Counted from the first letter of the stretch, positions 33,575-44,373 are shown. The stretch: DNA of 64,000 nt from Meyerozyma guilliermondii (GCA_051546255.1 CP128816.1:1240001-1304000); one strand, 5' to 3'. Program-made: numbers and translations. The notes: a model not told the origin generated them from the sequence alone.

Positions 33575-34687
33575 TCATATTCTGCGCTGGTAGTAATTGC
33601 GGAACGAGGTCCATGCCAATCTCCATTCTTTCTGATTGAACTTTGGGTGCAAAATATCAAAATCAAATCGTTCAAGTTTTCGCAAGTATAAAGATGTGGG
33701 CACAGCCACCATGAACGGGGTGAAAATTGCATCTGGGACGTTTTTTCTCCAATTTCTGGAGTGGCGCTGAAGAAGTTCGTCGTCACTTTGACTGCGAACA
33801 GTTTCGACAATACCCTCTTTCAAGTTTTTCAATTTGGTTCTGGCGGTGATCATATGGTCGTTAGCGGTAATTGCTGTTTCGTAAACCACATTTTTGAGCT
33901 GTTCGCGAAGCTCTTGAGTGTTTTCGGTGTGACCGTTCATCAATCTTAGCACAGACTCCTGTGAAAGATCAAATTTGGTCATTATGTCCACCGGCAAAGT
34001 CACCAAGTTTTTCGTCTTTGAGTAGTATTCGAGCCCCAAGATCATTGAGCTCACTGCAGTGGCCTGGCCTATATGGGCAGCAATGTCACTCACGGTAGTT
34101 TGTAAGTCTGGTGAGTTCTCGAGAAGCCTTATGGATGAGGGAGATATTGAAGGCGAGAGAAGAAGTCCTTGGGTTGCGTAGTTCAATTGTGAGTATGTTC
34201 CCTCTCCATAGGAGCATATAGCATCAACTGTCTGGAACTGTCTGTCATTGAGAAACTGACGTCTGGTTTGCATGATTCGGTGAAAGTAAGAGATGTCCAA
34301 GTTCATGTCGTTGCGGACTGCTTCCCTCAATAATGTGCAGATGGGTTCACCAATATCTCTAGTTGAATCGGGCTGGGTGAATGCTCTGGTGAGCATATCA
34401 GTCCAAAAGCGAAACTTGATGTCAGAAGTTGTGATTCCCATAGAGTTGGAAAGTTGTGATGAAGCACGCGAGCTCACTGATTCGGGGTTGTTTCCGCCGT
34501 CGTGGATCTTGTTAATTTCAACATTGAATGCTCGGATCGCCAAAAATGCATCTCTAGCTGGCTCTGGAATATAGTGTCCAAGAATATAGGAGGACCTATC
34601 ATAAGTTTCTAGCATTCGATTGACATCTTTACGAGCTGCCAAGATGGCGTCAGTGCCACTGGCTAGTGTTCGTACCTGCCGGAACAT
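33575..34687 (-). CDS. NDUFAF6: Complex I assembly factor NDUFAF6 (squalene/phytoene synthase fold)
   Basis: Basic presequence-like start, AFLAIRAFNVE, FRFW, YGEGTYSQL, HIGQA, YLRKLERFDFDI. Confidence 0.82.
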   Translation of the reverse strand: MFRQVRTLASGTDAILAARKDVNRMLETYDRSSYILGHYIPEPARDAFLAIRAFNVEINKIHDGGNNPESVSSRASSQLSNSMGITTSDIKFRFWTDMLTRAFTQPDSTRDIGEPICTLLREAVRNDMNLDISYFHRIMQTRRQFLNDRQFQTVDAICSYGEGTYSQLNYATQGLLLSPSISPSSIRLLENSPDLQTTVSDIAAHIGQATAVSSMILGLEYYSKTKNLVTLPVDIMTKFDLSQESVLRLMNGHTENTQELREQLKNVVYETAITANDHMITARTKLKNLKEGIVETVRSQSDDELLQRHSRNWRKNVPDAIFTPFMVAVPTSLYLRKLERFDFDILHPKFNQKEWRLAWTSFRNYYQRRI

Positions 34688-34768
34688 GAATATTAGCTGA
34701 GAAGCAAATTAACTTGAAGTGAGCGAGCCCCACAAATCGCAGTGGGTGCAGGCTGCGATGCTCATCTC

Positions 34769-35821
34769 ATGAAGGTCGAGGCAGTGAACCCTAGTGTATT
34801 TCTAGACATCAAAATAGGTGCTAGGGATGTGGGGAGAGTGGTGATTGAACTCTATGAGCAACAGGCTCCACTTACATCCTCTTGGTTCCAATCGCGTATC
34901 AACCAACATGTATTTGATGGGGTCAAATTTGGCCGAGCTATCAAGAACTTTATGGTGCAAACAGCTGTAGAAGAAGGTCAAGAAGCTGAAGTTCCCGCTT
35001 TAGAAAATTTGGGAGGTTCTTTGGATACTCCATTTCAAGTCTGTACTGTCAATGATGCTTCAGGCAACTTTTTCATCACCACTTTTCCACAACCGCATCT
35101 TCAAGGTCAACAGACGGTTTTTGGTCAAGTGACCCACGGCAAGTTCGTTGTACGACAAATGGAACAAGTCAAAGCATCTTCGAGTGGTGTTCCGGAAGAA
35201 ACGATACAAATTACCAATACTGGAATCTGGACAGAAGGTATGGATGTTCCTGTTACTGATGCAAGCTACGATACTCGAGGCGGAGATATTTACGAAGAAT
35301 ATCCAGACGATGATACCCATATCGACAAAGAATCCTCTGAGCTGGTCTACGATGCCGCCTGTGCCATAAAAGAAAGTGGAACCTTGCTTTATAAAGCTGG
35401 GGATGTGCAACTGGCATTTTTCAAGTACAGAAAATGTTTGCGATATGTGATGGAATTTATTCCGGACATTGACCAGGAACCAGAGTGGTATAAGAAGTAT
35501 TCTGACTTAAAAATCAAGCTATATCTCAACCTATCGCTCACTGCCATGCACTTGAAAAATTGGCAAAAAACGATAGACTACGCTACTTATATTATCGAGC
35601 TGGCCGGGGTCGAAAAGCAAACTCAAGCAAAGGCATATTTTCGCCGAGGAAAGGCTTTGGTGGGTTCCAAGAAGTATGATGAAGCCATTTCAGACCTCAA
35701 AGAGGCACAAAAACTCGTTCCTGACGATAAGGCAATTGCGTCTGAATTGGCTTCGACAGAGGAAATTCTTCAACAACGCAAGGCTCACGAAAAAGCAAAG
35801 TACGCCAAATTTTTCAAGTAG
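34769..35821 (+). CDS. CPR7: Cyp40-type cyclophilin with TPR domain
   Basis: VFLDIKIG..VGRVVIEL, FFITT..PHL.G..TVFG, GDIYEEYPDD, TPR region (KESGT, AKAYFRRG), KYAKFF end; first ATG 34769. Confidence 0.87.
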   Translation: MKVEAVNPSVFLDIKIGARDVGRVVIELYEQQAPLTSSWFQSRINQHVFDGVKFGRAIKNFMVQTAVEEGQEAEVPALENLGGSLDTPFQVCTVNDASGNFFITTFPQPHLQGQQTVFGQVTHGKFVVRQMEQVKASSSGVPEETIQITNTGIWTEGMDVPVTDASYDTRGGDIYEEYPDDDTHIDKESSELVYDAACAIKESGTLLYKAGDVQLAFFKYRKCLRYVMEFIPDIDQEPEWYKKYSDLKIKLYLNLSLTAMHLKNWQKTIDYATYIIELAGVEKQTQAKAYFRRGKALVGSKKYDEAISDLKEAQKLVPDDKAIASELASTEEILQQRKAHEKAKYAKFFK

Positions 35822-35867
35822 AAGTTAGCCAAGCTCTTCAAGTAGTCAAATTAGCCAAATTCTCAAG
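35804..35867 (+). repeat. Degenerate direct repeat echoing the CPR7 stop region
   Basis: GCCAAATTTTTCAAGTAG (35804), GCCAAGCTCTTCAAGTAG (35828), GCCAAATTCTCAAG (35854). Confidence 0.7.
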
Positions 35868-35902
35868 AATTTAAAGGTATCATGGTATTCTATATAGATA
35901 TG

Positions 35903-37474
35903 CTACTCCTCCGCATGTCTCTCCTCCGTATGTCTCTCCTCTGTATGTCCCTCCTCTGTATGTCCCTCCTCTTGTTCATTCTCTTGCTCGTTTTCTTCAT
36001 TTTGGTTCTGTTCAGCTTGCCTGGTAAGGTCTCCCAAATTCATATAGTCAACAACATCACTTGTCGTCTCCACGCCTGTTTCCGTCCTTCTACTGGAGAC
36101 TCCTTGAGGAAACAAAGACTCTCGTGGTCCACGGAGATATGATAAAATATTGGAGAGAACTCCTCCCTCGCGGCCAGGATTGGTATTGTCTTGAGAGTTC
36201 TGAAGCGAGTCCAAAGACGAGTTAAGAGCACGCCCTCCATTGAGAAACACTATTGGAGTTGTACCTCCATTGGGTGAGTTTGCTGGGCTAATGGTGGCTG
36301 GCGCCGTGTCCTCTTCGACCTTTTGTCTGCACAAAGGACAAGTGGTATTCGTTTTGAGCCATTCGTTAAGACACGATCTACCGAAAACATGGCCACAGGG
36401 CAACTCCGCAGGAAGATGTTTGTAAACGGTGGTGTCGTCGGACAAGTATTTCGGAGCACGAGAAGATGTTTCTTCAGTGGTGTCTACGGGTGGCAGTGGT
36501 GACTGAGGGAGCAGTGGAGCATCGATATTTGGCGAAGCCTGGTAGTTGACATCATCTCCAGATAAAGGATCTGGTGAATTGAGACGACGTCTCTTGCAAT
36601 GTCCCTCTTCTCTATTTTCTTCCCCTTCGCTAGCGCTCTCGTATTCTTCGAAACAAATGGAGCATACGCTTCCCTCGTCTTGATGTTTGATTGGGAACGA
36701 ATTGAACTTTTCCACGGTTGTTCCAACCTTTTTATGAAGTCCGCTCACAATAGTTCGGTATGCCATCAGCGTAGCATACCTAACAAGTTCTTGCATGATT
36801 CGGGGTTGTCTGTTGGACGCATTGTCAGGAAATGTCATTACTAACGAACCCAGTCTATTAGGGTTCTGTGGATTATTGTTGTCTGAAAACACATAGTTGA
36901 CGGTGATGAGTATGGTGCCACTAGAATCTCCATCGTTGGAGGATCCGTCCAGAGAACGAGGAATGGGAAAGAAATGGAAGTGTCTGTGCGGAGGGTTCGA
37001 CTGGGTTGTCGGAGGAGCATCTTGGGAGTCTTGGGATTCAGATTCATGCTGCGAGTTTGATGGAACCGAAGGTTCAGAGTCGTTGGTTGTTTCTTGAGCA
37101 GTGTAAGCACTGGCACCGCTGGACCCTGATGAATGCGGTATTTCTATGTATCCACTCGGTCTTTCCAGAGACGAACTTGTGTCTTCCAGTGCTTCGGATT
37201 GTTCCACTGACGCCGCAGATTCCACTCCAGTGCTTTCCATACCAACGTTTTCCCGCTCCGTGACTTCCGGTTCTTCAAGAGCGTCCGTCATCGTTTGCTC
37301 TTGGGTGTCACCGTCGAGCGGAGCCGAGTCGGTTTGCTGCTCTTTTTGTGCTCTTTCCCTTCTGCGCTGGGCTCTCCTCGAGTTGGACGAGCCCGAGTCT
37401 CGTAATATGGTGTCCAATATGCGGTCAAATACGTTCAAAGACCGCCGCTGGTCTGGTCGAGAGTTGCGGGGCAT
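35903..37474 (-). CDS. SAN1: Nuclear quality-control RING E3 ubiquitin ligase
   Basis: Split RING (CSICFEEY ... LPCGHVFGRSCLNEWL..CPLCR), ITVNYVF, disordered flanks, LFPQGVSSRR; adjacent to yapsin. Confidence 0.88.
   Translation of the reverse strand: MPRNSRPDQRRSLNVFDRILDTILRDSGSSNSRRAQRRRERAQKEQQTDSAPLDGDTQEQTMTDALEEPEVTERENVGMESTGVESAASVEQSEALEDTSSSLERPSGYIEIPHSSGSSGASAYTAQETTNDSEPSVPSNSQHESESQDSQDAPPTTQSNPPHRHFHFFPIPRSLDGSSNDGDSSGTILITVNYVFSDNNNPQNPNRLGSLVMTFPDNASNRQPRIMQELVRYATLMAYRTIVSGLHKKVGTTVEKFNSFPIKHQDEGSVCSICFEEYESASEGEENREEGHCKRRRLNSPDPLSGDDVNYQASPNIDAPLLPQSPLPPVDTTEETSSRAPKYLSDDTTVYKHLPAELPCGHVFGRSCLNEWLKTNTTCPLCRQKVEEDTAPATISPANSPNGGTTPIVFLNGGRALNSSLDSLQNSQDNTNPGREGGVLSNILSYLRGPRESLFPQGVSSRRTETGVETTSDVVDYMNLGDLTRQAEQNQNEENEQENEQEEGHTEEGHTEERHTEERHAEE
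35906..35971. repeat. 15-bp coding minisatellite, about 4.5 copies (EEGHT/EERHT)
   Basis: CTCCTCYGYATGTCY repeated in tandem at the SAN1 3' end. Confidence 0.85.
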
Positions 37475-37732
37475 TGTGACTAGGGACCAAATTCCGGGTT
37501 AAATTTTTGAATTATGCCACTTTGAAGGTCTACTTGTGATCTAGGCGTTGGAATATAGTGGATTTGGCTGTCTAACAGACAAAGAAAGTACCCGCTGTGT
37601 ATGGATCAAAAACCACTAGTGTTGCCTTAGTAATGATTCGTGCGACACAAATGTGGTTACGATTGGTGTTGGGGTTTGACGTCATGGAGATAAGTCGTAT
37701 AGCTTTAATGTATTCTATATAAACTGCGATGC

Positions 37733-39382
37733 TTAGCAAACCACAAACAATGACCCAATTGCCACAAATGCCATAACGAGCGGCACACTGAGGATAGAAC
37801 CTCCACTTTTCAGATGACCGCTACTGCTGCTGCTACTACCGGTACCGAGATTGGCACTTCCAGATATAATAGATTCACCTTCGTTGGAAGCGATGCTTGT
37901 CAGTGAATAGTTTGGAGCCTTCAGTGCCAGAGGAATTGACGAGGTTACCACCTCAACGTTTTCGTCGTTGGTGAATTTGACCTGGGCGAACGAAACCTCG
38001 TAATCATCCAAATCGTAGACAATGTACATGTGACGCAAGATGTTGTCACCGAACAAAACGTAACGAGAGTCGCTGCTTTGGGGGAGCAATGTCAAGAAAC
38101 AGGTGTTTCCGTTGCTCAGAGCAGGTGCTTGAATTGCAGAAAGAGGAATCTCGAGTTTGTTACCGCTGAAATCCAACGTGATTTTGGCATTGTCGTCGTC
38201 TATGCAACTCATGACGTATGCTCCTGCTGAACTGGAATATCTGGCACCCACGGTATTTGCAACGTTTTCGAGCATGTCTTCAAAAATGTACGAGTAGGTG
38301 GATCCAGTGTCCAATACCACTGCATGTGCCTTGGAAGAAATGGTATAATTTTTCGAACCGGACTCGATTTGCATGGCGTTGAGAGCCACCTCTATACGGA
38401 TGGGAGTGTCGGTATATTGTGAGTAGGAGTTGACCATGGGGACAGTTTGAAGAGTTCCACTGTACTTTGCCGAGTCCACAGCACCAAATAAAATCAGCCC
38501 CAGACTGTCAGATTCCTCACCGAGATAAAGTGAAAAAACATTCTTGTGGATGATCCCGTCATCCTTGAGTTTCAATGGAAGATTCAGGTAAGTGTAACCT
38601 CCACTCTGGCCGCTACTGCCCGTGAAAGAGCTGGTGACTTCAAGACCAATAAGACCAATACCCAACACTCCCACATTAGAACTGGTTTCGTTGGCCACTG
38701 CAAAGCTCAATGATTTCACGGTGGTGTTGCCGATAATGACATCATCGTGGCCCCAAACTCCATTGGCATCGGTACCATCGGCATACAGAATGGAGAATGC
38801 AGGAGCCGACAGATTACGTTTGAACGAGTCCGAGTTGGCGGTAGCAAACGATCCGTGGCCCGTGCAAGTATTGGTTTCGTGGGCGTACGAAGCGGTAGCA
38901 TAATCACCGCCTTCGGTGAGTTCTATGGTGGTGTAAAAACCTGCCTTTTCATGGCCAACTTCCTTGTGAGCACCCTTGCTGGAACCCTTTTTGGTTTCGT
39001 CTTCGGGCAACGTAATCAAGCGTTCCCGCTTCCGTTTGGCAGACTGCAGCACTGCTTCACACCGTAAGTCATGCGACATGATCCACAAATCGGAAGACCC
39101 GGTATCCACCAATACACCCACCTTGTTTTCATTGGAACCAAATTTGAGCTCAGCAAGGTAGAAAGTATTCTCGTTTTTAATCTCCATATCCAACAGACCA
39201 TCACGCTTGACTAGTTCTCCTCGCTTATGTCGAGCCATATCCCATGTTGAAGAACCTCGATGGATTTCAAAATCGATTTTGAAAGGTGTATTTCCAGCAT
39301 TTTCGGTATCGGAGACAGCAGCTGCTGATACAGCACACACAGCAGCGTATGCTAGCGAGGCAACAGATAAGAAGGGCCTCAT
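37733..39382 (-). CDS. YPS1: GPI-anchored aspartyl protease (yapsin; Yps1/Mkc7/Sap9 type)
   Basis: Signal peptide, propeptide KR sites, DTGSSDLW and DTGSTY catalytic motifs, FGDNILRHMY, Ser-rich tail with hydrophobic GPI signal. Confidence 0.88.
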   Translation of the reverse strand: MRPFLSVASLAYAAVCAVSAAAVSDTENAGNTPFKIDFEIHRGSSTWDMARHKRGELVKRDGLLDMEIKNENTFYLAELKFGSNENKVGVLVDTGSSDLWIMSHDLRCEAVLQSAKRKRERLITLPEDETKKGSSKGAHKEVGHEKAGFYTTIELTEGGDYATASYAHETNTCTGHGSFATANSDSFKRNLSAPAFSILYADGTDANGVWGHDDVIIGNTTVKSLSFAVANETSSNVGVLGIGLIGLEVTSSFTGSSGQSGGYTYLNLPLKLKDDGIIHKNVFSLYLGEESDSLGLILFGAVDSAKYSGTLQTVPMVNSYSQYTDTPIRIEVALNAMQIESGSKNYTISSKAHAVVLDTGSTYSYIFEDMLENVANTVGARYSSSAGAYVMSCIDDDNAKITLDFSGNKLEIPLSAIQAPALSNGNTCFLTLLPQSSDSRYVLFGDNILRHMYIVYDLDDYEVSFAQVKFTNDENVEVVTSSIPLALKAPNYSLTSIASNEGESIISGSANLGTGSSSSSSGHLKSGGSILSVPLVMAFVAIGSLFVVC

Positions 39383-39934
39383 GAAATTATAGCAACGGCA
39401 AAAACGTTATTGCTATTTATAGTGAATCAGAACACGATGCCAAGGTGAGAGAGAGCACTGCCCACATTGGCCTGCATGAAAATAGTGTGGAAACCAGTTT
39501 TAAATCGGGATAATTAGCGTCACTTGCCGAGACGACACGGGGCTGAAGATGGGGCTGAATGCAGGCTACGTGAGAAAGAACAAGGATTCATAGGACGTTG
39601 TAGTAGCTAGATGGTGGTATAGAACCGCCCTTCCTCTATATGTGGTGATGGCCGCGCGGCCCACAAACCAGTGAACCACTCGAGCTGAATGTGCAGGCGA
39701 CGGAGAACCCAACCACCGGCCCGCGTGGCTGAGACGTCACTTGCTGCAAATAAATGTGTGAACTAAGCGGATACGTGAGCGGGGTTCTGCATCGGCAACA
39801 ATACGAGCGGTGTTCGTAATTGGTAAATTAATGCAACGTCACATATCGTAGTTTACGAGCAGGTAAGGCTGAACGTAGTTGACTGTAGATAAGATCTGAG
39901 TCAATGGCTAATGCTGAAGTTAATGCTGAAGTAC

Positions 39935-40089
39935 CTTCAATCTAGACTTGACCAACAATTTCAATTGTAGACTGAACTTCATTGTAAGCTGAGAACTTCG
40001 ATTGTAAACTGAATTTTCGTGAGCATACAGAATCAGACTGATATCAATGTAGACTTTCGAATGTAGCTTGCTATCATTGTAGACTGCTA
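39935..40089. repeat. Degenerate 13-19 bp repeat (TC(A)ATTGTAGACTG-like), about 7 copies
   Basis: ttcaattgtagactgaac / ttcattgtaagctgagaac / ttcgattgtaaactgaat / atcaatgtagact / atcattgtagactgcta. Confidence 0.65.
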
Positions 40090-42600
40090 TTCCGTCTCGT
40101 ACGATGGTCGCGAATGCTGCTCCACAAAACTATCCACAATTTCTGGAGTTAATGGGATGCCTCGGGATCGTCCGTGGTTATTCTCTAGTAACTGCTGACT
40201 GAATTCAAGCAGTCGAGTGATGGGAATGGACTTGGTTGCATTGTTCTCAATGTATTCAAAGAGATCCCATAGCTTTTCCACATATTCTACAAACACCAAT
40301 TCCGACCCAAAAAATGCTCGATGAAGGTGCTGCCACACCTCGGTATTGTCCATGCTTTCGTCTATGTAGGTGACGAGCTGGGTGAAACTATCTCTTGGTG
40401 CTTGCAATAATTCGTCCACTAAAGACCGAATAGTGGTGATGACTTGCCAGGTGGTTTGAAATTCTGATGTGCAGCCTAGAGGTAATGGGCATTGCTTCAG
40501 CGCTTTCCATAACCTTAGGGTGATTTCATTGTAGCTGGTGTAACACTCATCGAAAACCCATTGGTAATCAATAGCTGTGATTGAAATATCAATACCTAAA
40601 TGTTCCGCAGGTAAAAAATTGACGAGAACCAACAACAACATTCCATGACATACAAGACAATGGTAAAAAATTCTGATGTAGTAAAGTGACCCATTCATTA
40701 AACCCTCAAAAAATGTACGGGTTCCATCACTGGTCGCTTGTAGTTGATTGTCGAAACGCAATGCCAAATCAAATAGATTGATTTGTGATGTCAAATATGA
40801 AGCATAACGAAGTGAAGGAAAGTACCGAGTCTCCATACGAATGAAACTAAGCCATCTGACAAAAAATGACAAAGTTAATTGGTTTTTGATCACCAATGCA
40901 CCGTCGCCCGGTTGCTCGACATAATTGTTGGCGGCTAACCGCGAATCTAGGTCGTTCAATTCTTCATTCAACATCATGTATGCGTCGGTATAAAGCAAAT
41001 GGTAAGACCTAATCAAGTCAATTATTGTCTTGGCCTTGCGGGTTCGCTTATAGTAGTATGATGCAAGCTTCATGATAAACTCTTGATTGATAACATACGA
41101 ATAAGGGTACCGGAAAATTGCTTCCGCCGCCTCCTTATGAGGAACAATTGATGTCAGTAACAACTTGAACGAATCGGATACCTGCCACCGCTGTATTCTA
41201 GGTACTTCTAGCTCAACCAAGCGAAAAAGTAACCAAAGTCGTCCAATTATATGAAATTCGGTGGTATCTGGGTACACCATATTTTCATCCCGTTCACGAA
41301 CGAGGTCAGCAAAATCTTTATTTTCATAAAGAAAAACCACAATGTCTTGTTGCAATTCACAAAGTGCATCATAGTCTTTGTTTGCCAACAAATACACATG
41401 ACGAACCAATACCCACGTTATGTTGTATAAGGCGTCGGTAAGTTTGAGGTTCTTACGGAGTTTGGCATGGATACTCAACAACAATGAATTCCATTCTACC
41501 AACACCTCCGCTTTGCTCGATACCAATTCGGGAGAGTCATTGATATACAAGAGCCCATTGATCATGATGCTAATGCCTAGAGAAACCATTCGAAGAGTAT
41601 CCACATTGGTGTAAAACTCGGTATCATTGTTGATGCTAATGTCCCGAAGAAAGTCTACGAACATCACGATAGCCCGTGCCGTTGGCAAAACCGCTTCTAC
41701 AAAGTCTTTTGAAGCTTGCCTGTGATTTAAATATAGCTGGTTGAAGAACTCATTCGAATAAGCAAACTTGGCTCGAAATTGAGCTGTTTCTTCCTCCAGT
41801 AGGGCAATAAGGGTTTGGCGATCCTCGTGTTCCTCAATGTCAATTTGGGAGGGTCCTCTTGGGGTGCACGCTTCGAAAGGTGGAGGAGCGATGGGCTGAG
41901 GATATTGAAGTTGAGCAAGTTGTTGGTGGTATATTGTCTCTGGGACCTGGTCTTTAAACTGGATGCTTATTTGTCTGTCGATATGATTAATGTTCGGAGT
42001 TTCCAAGTCTGGTTCTTGTTTTATTGGTGGGTCCAAATGTTCATTTATGTGAGTCGAACCATTAGAATACTGGCTGGGAAGAATGGGTACGACACCAAGC
42101 GGAATGCTTCCCGGAAATGGAAACGGTGGTGGTGAGACTCCAGGAAGAGGAAATGCAGTGTAAAATGGCGTTGGAGCTGGTGGTGCTGGTGCTGGTGGTG
42201 CTGGTGCTGATGGAGCTGGTGGAGCTGATGGGGCTGATGGAGCAGCTTCAGGTTGCCATGCTGAATTGTGGGTGGTATGAAGACTTTGAGGCGGCACGTA
42301 TTTGGAATGAAGCGGACTGGAAGTTTCCATTGGTGGGTGAGAAGTGTCGATGACTATTGATACTTCCGTCTCGGAAATCGCCGAGTTTCTCTGTTTCCAT
42401 TGGGTTTTCTTGCGTCTACGGTTGGCGATCCGTTCTAGTTCCTCCTCAGAAGGTGGTTGTGGTGGATCTTCAAGGCACTTGTCGGCTCTCCTTGATCTTT
42501 CACAAGAACGACAAGGGATCTGAAGGTCACATTTTAACTTTAGTTTTTTGCAAGGGCCACAGCTGTATGAACGCCGCTTACGTCGTTGGTTGGTTGACAT
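40087..42600 (-). CDS. Zn(II)2Cys6 transcription factor
   Basis: SCGPCKKLKLKCDLQIPCRSCERSRRADKC at the N-terminus, Pro/Ala-rich linker, helical middle region. Confidence 0.9.
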   Translation of the reverse strand: MSTNQRRKRRSYSCGPCKKLKLKCDLQIPCRSCERSRRADKCLEDPPQPPSEEELERIANRRRKKTQWKQRNSAISETEVSIVIDTSHPPMETSSPLHSKYVPPQSLHTTHNSAWQPEAAPSAPSAPPAPSAPAPPAPAPPAPTPFYTAFPLPGVSPPPFPFPGSIPLGVVPILPSQYSNGSTHINEHLDPPIKQEPDLETPNINHIDRQISIQFKDQVPETIYHQQLAQLQYPQPIAPPPFEACTPRGPSQIDIEEHEDRQTLIALLEEETAQFRAKFAYSNEFFNQLYLNHRQASKDFVEAVLPTARAIVMFVDFLRDISINNDTEFYTNVDTLRMVSLGISIMINGLLYINDSPELVSSKAEVLVEWNSLLLSIHAKLRKNLKLTDALYNITWVLVRHVYLLANKDYDALCELQQDIVVFLYENKDFADLVRERDENMVYPDTTEFHIIGRLWLLFRLVELEVPRIQRWQVSDSFKLLLTSIVPHKEAAEAIFRYPYSYVINQEFIMKLASYYYKRTRKAKTIIDLIRSYHLLYTDAYMMLNEELNDLDSRLAANNYVEQPGDGALVIKNQLTLSFFVRWLSFIRMETRYFPSLRYASYLTSQINLFDLALRFDNQLQATSDGTRTFFEGLMNGSLYYIRIFYHCLVCHGMLLLVLVNFLPAEHLGIDISITAIDYQWVFDECYTSYNEITLRLWKALKQCPLPLGCTSEFQTTWQVITTIRSLVDELLQAPRDSFTQLVTYIDESMDNTEVWQHLHRAFFGSELVFVEYVEKLWDLFEYIENNATKSIPITRLLEFSQQLLENNHGRSRGIPLTPEIVDSFVEQHSRPSYETE

Positions 42601-43289
42601 GGGGATGATGAAGGTAGAAGTGGGTTTTAGGATTGAAATTTACAATCGAAATCCATACAAGCAGGTTGATTCAGCAAACTTTTATGTTATTCGGAAGTTG
42701 AGAAAGTGTGCAACAAACACTTGGAAGCGGGATCAGTGGACAGAAAAGCAAAGGGAAAAATTGCGCAAACTCTGATCCAAGCTTGCTGTTGCCACTGTTA
42801 ACTTTCTGCTTTAAAGTGAACACTGTTTTCTGCGGGGCCAATGCTTTTGTGCAGCCAGTGCATGCATATATTAGGTTATCTGCAGTCTACGAATACGGGA
42901 AATTATGGTTAAATGTACGATCTAAGTGGGGAACGACAGATCTTCATACATGAGAAAATTATAATATGGTGAAGAAATGGTAAAGTGGAAAAAAAATTCG
43001 TTGCTAAGATCTCGTTTGACACTTCACCATTGTTCTTTGGTCCGGACTATTCCCTAAATCTGCACGACATGCGCGAAATATTATTAAGTCGATGGAATTT
43101 GCCGCATTAATTTACGGTGCGAACTAAAATGGTAGATGAAGTATTGTGCGAGAGGCTCACCATGCGCCACTTGATTACGATAGAAAAGATGAACAAATAT
43201 ACTTCTTTTTCTCTTCCAAACTTCTTTTTTTCGTTGTTCGGTCACTTCCGATTTCGCGTCCTGACATACGCTGGGCGGCTATTCGTTGT

Positions 43290-43448
43290 CCAATTCGCCA
43301 CACCGCGCCGAGTTCGCATGTCCAACTCTAGTTACCAATACGGTTGTTGGTGCGGATTATGTAAGCGACCGATCATTGAACCGACCGTGGCACCGTAAAC
43401 GCCCTTACCTAATCTCAGTCTCTCGCTTACCTACGCCGTCCGACCAAT
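43290..43448 (+). promoter_or_regulatory. Three CCAAT boxes upstream of complex I subunit gene
   Basis: CCAAT at 43290, 43335 and 43444; HAP-complex control of respiratory genes is established. Confidence 0.45.
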
Positions 43449-43483
43449 CGAACCGCGAACATTCAAAATTATCATCACTTGCA

Positions 43484-44332
43484 ATGTTAGCGACTAGGAC
43501 CGTCGGTCGTACTGCATCCCGCTGCATGTCTAGGGTCGTAAGACCCGGTGCTGTGAGGTCCTTCTCCGTTTCTCGTGTTTCCCGTAACGAAGAATTCGTG
43601 GATCTTAGTAAACTTCCTCGTCCAAAACCGCAAACTCCAGTGGTGCCATTACAAAATCCGGCTGAAAAATACAAAGAAGTCAATGAAGAGCTCCATAAGT
43701 TTGGCAGGTACATTATGGGGTGCATGCCCAAATATATCCAGCAGTTCTCGGTGTGGAAGGACGAATTGGTGTTGTATGTTGCTCCTTCAGCTTTGAGACC
43801 AACCATGCTTTTTTTAAAGCATCACACTCCAGCTGATTTCAAGTCGGTGATGGATGTTACTGCCGCAGACTACCCTTCTAGAACCAACCGGTTCGATGTG
43901 GTTTACAACTTGTTGTCTGTCCGTCATAATTCGAGAATTAGAGTGAAAACTTACGCTAGTGAAACTACTGCCGTTCCCTCGGTGGTTCCTCTTTTTGAAG
44001 GAGCCAATTGGTTCGAAAGAGAGACCTACGATTTGTTCGGTATTTTCTTTGAAGGTCATCCAGATTTGAGAAGAATTATGACCGATTACGGTTTTGAAGG
44101 CCACCCATTGAGAAAGGACTTCCCCACCACCGGTTACACCGAGATCAGATACGACGAGGAAAAAAAGAGAGTGGTATACGAGCCATTAGAATTGACCCAG
44201 GCATTCAGAAACTTCTCTGTGGGGTCTTCTGTGTGGGAACCTGTTGGTGATGGTAAGGACTTTACTCCTGAGTCTTTCAAGTTGCCAACTCCTGAAGCAG
44301 AACCAGAAGCCGAAGGCCAGGAGAAGAAGTAG
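43484..44332 (+). CDS. NDUFS3: NADH:ubiquinone oxidoreductase 30-kDa subunit (NDUFS3/NuoC)
   Basis: Arg/Ser presequence from [48 protein letters not shown]. Confidence 0.96.
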   Translation: MLATRTVGRTASRCMSRVVRPGAVRSFSVSRVSRNEEFVDLSKLPRPKPQTPVVPLQNPAEKYKEVNEELHKFGRYIMGCMPKYIQQFSVWKDELVLYVAPSALRPTMLFLKHHTPADFKSVMDVTAADYPSRTNRFDVVYNLLSVRHNSRIRVKTYASETTAVPSVVPLFEGANWFERETYDLFGIFFEGHPDLRRIMTDYGFEGHPLRKDFPTTGYTEIRYDEEKKRVVYEPLELTQAFRNFSVGSSVWEPVGDGKDFTPESFKLPTPEAEPEAEGQEKK

Positions 44333-44373
44333 TTGCATAGAGACATCATAGTAACGTAGTAATCTAGTTAAAC

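Noticed and set aside
33575..34687. Squalene/phytoene synthase and a terpenoid gene cluster
   Set aside because: No Asp-rich DDxxD motifs, presequence-like start, and no biosynthetic neighbours; fits NDUFAF6
39935..40089. Repeat cluster as CRISPR array or telomeric/centromeric repeat
   Set aside because: Eukaryotic context, degenerate variable units, no unique spacers, internal position in a gene-dense region
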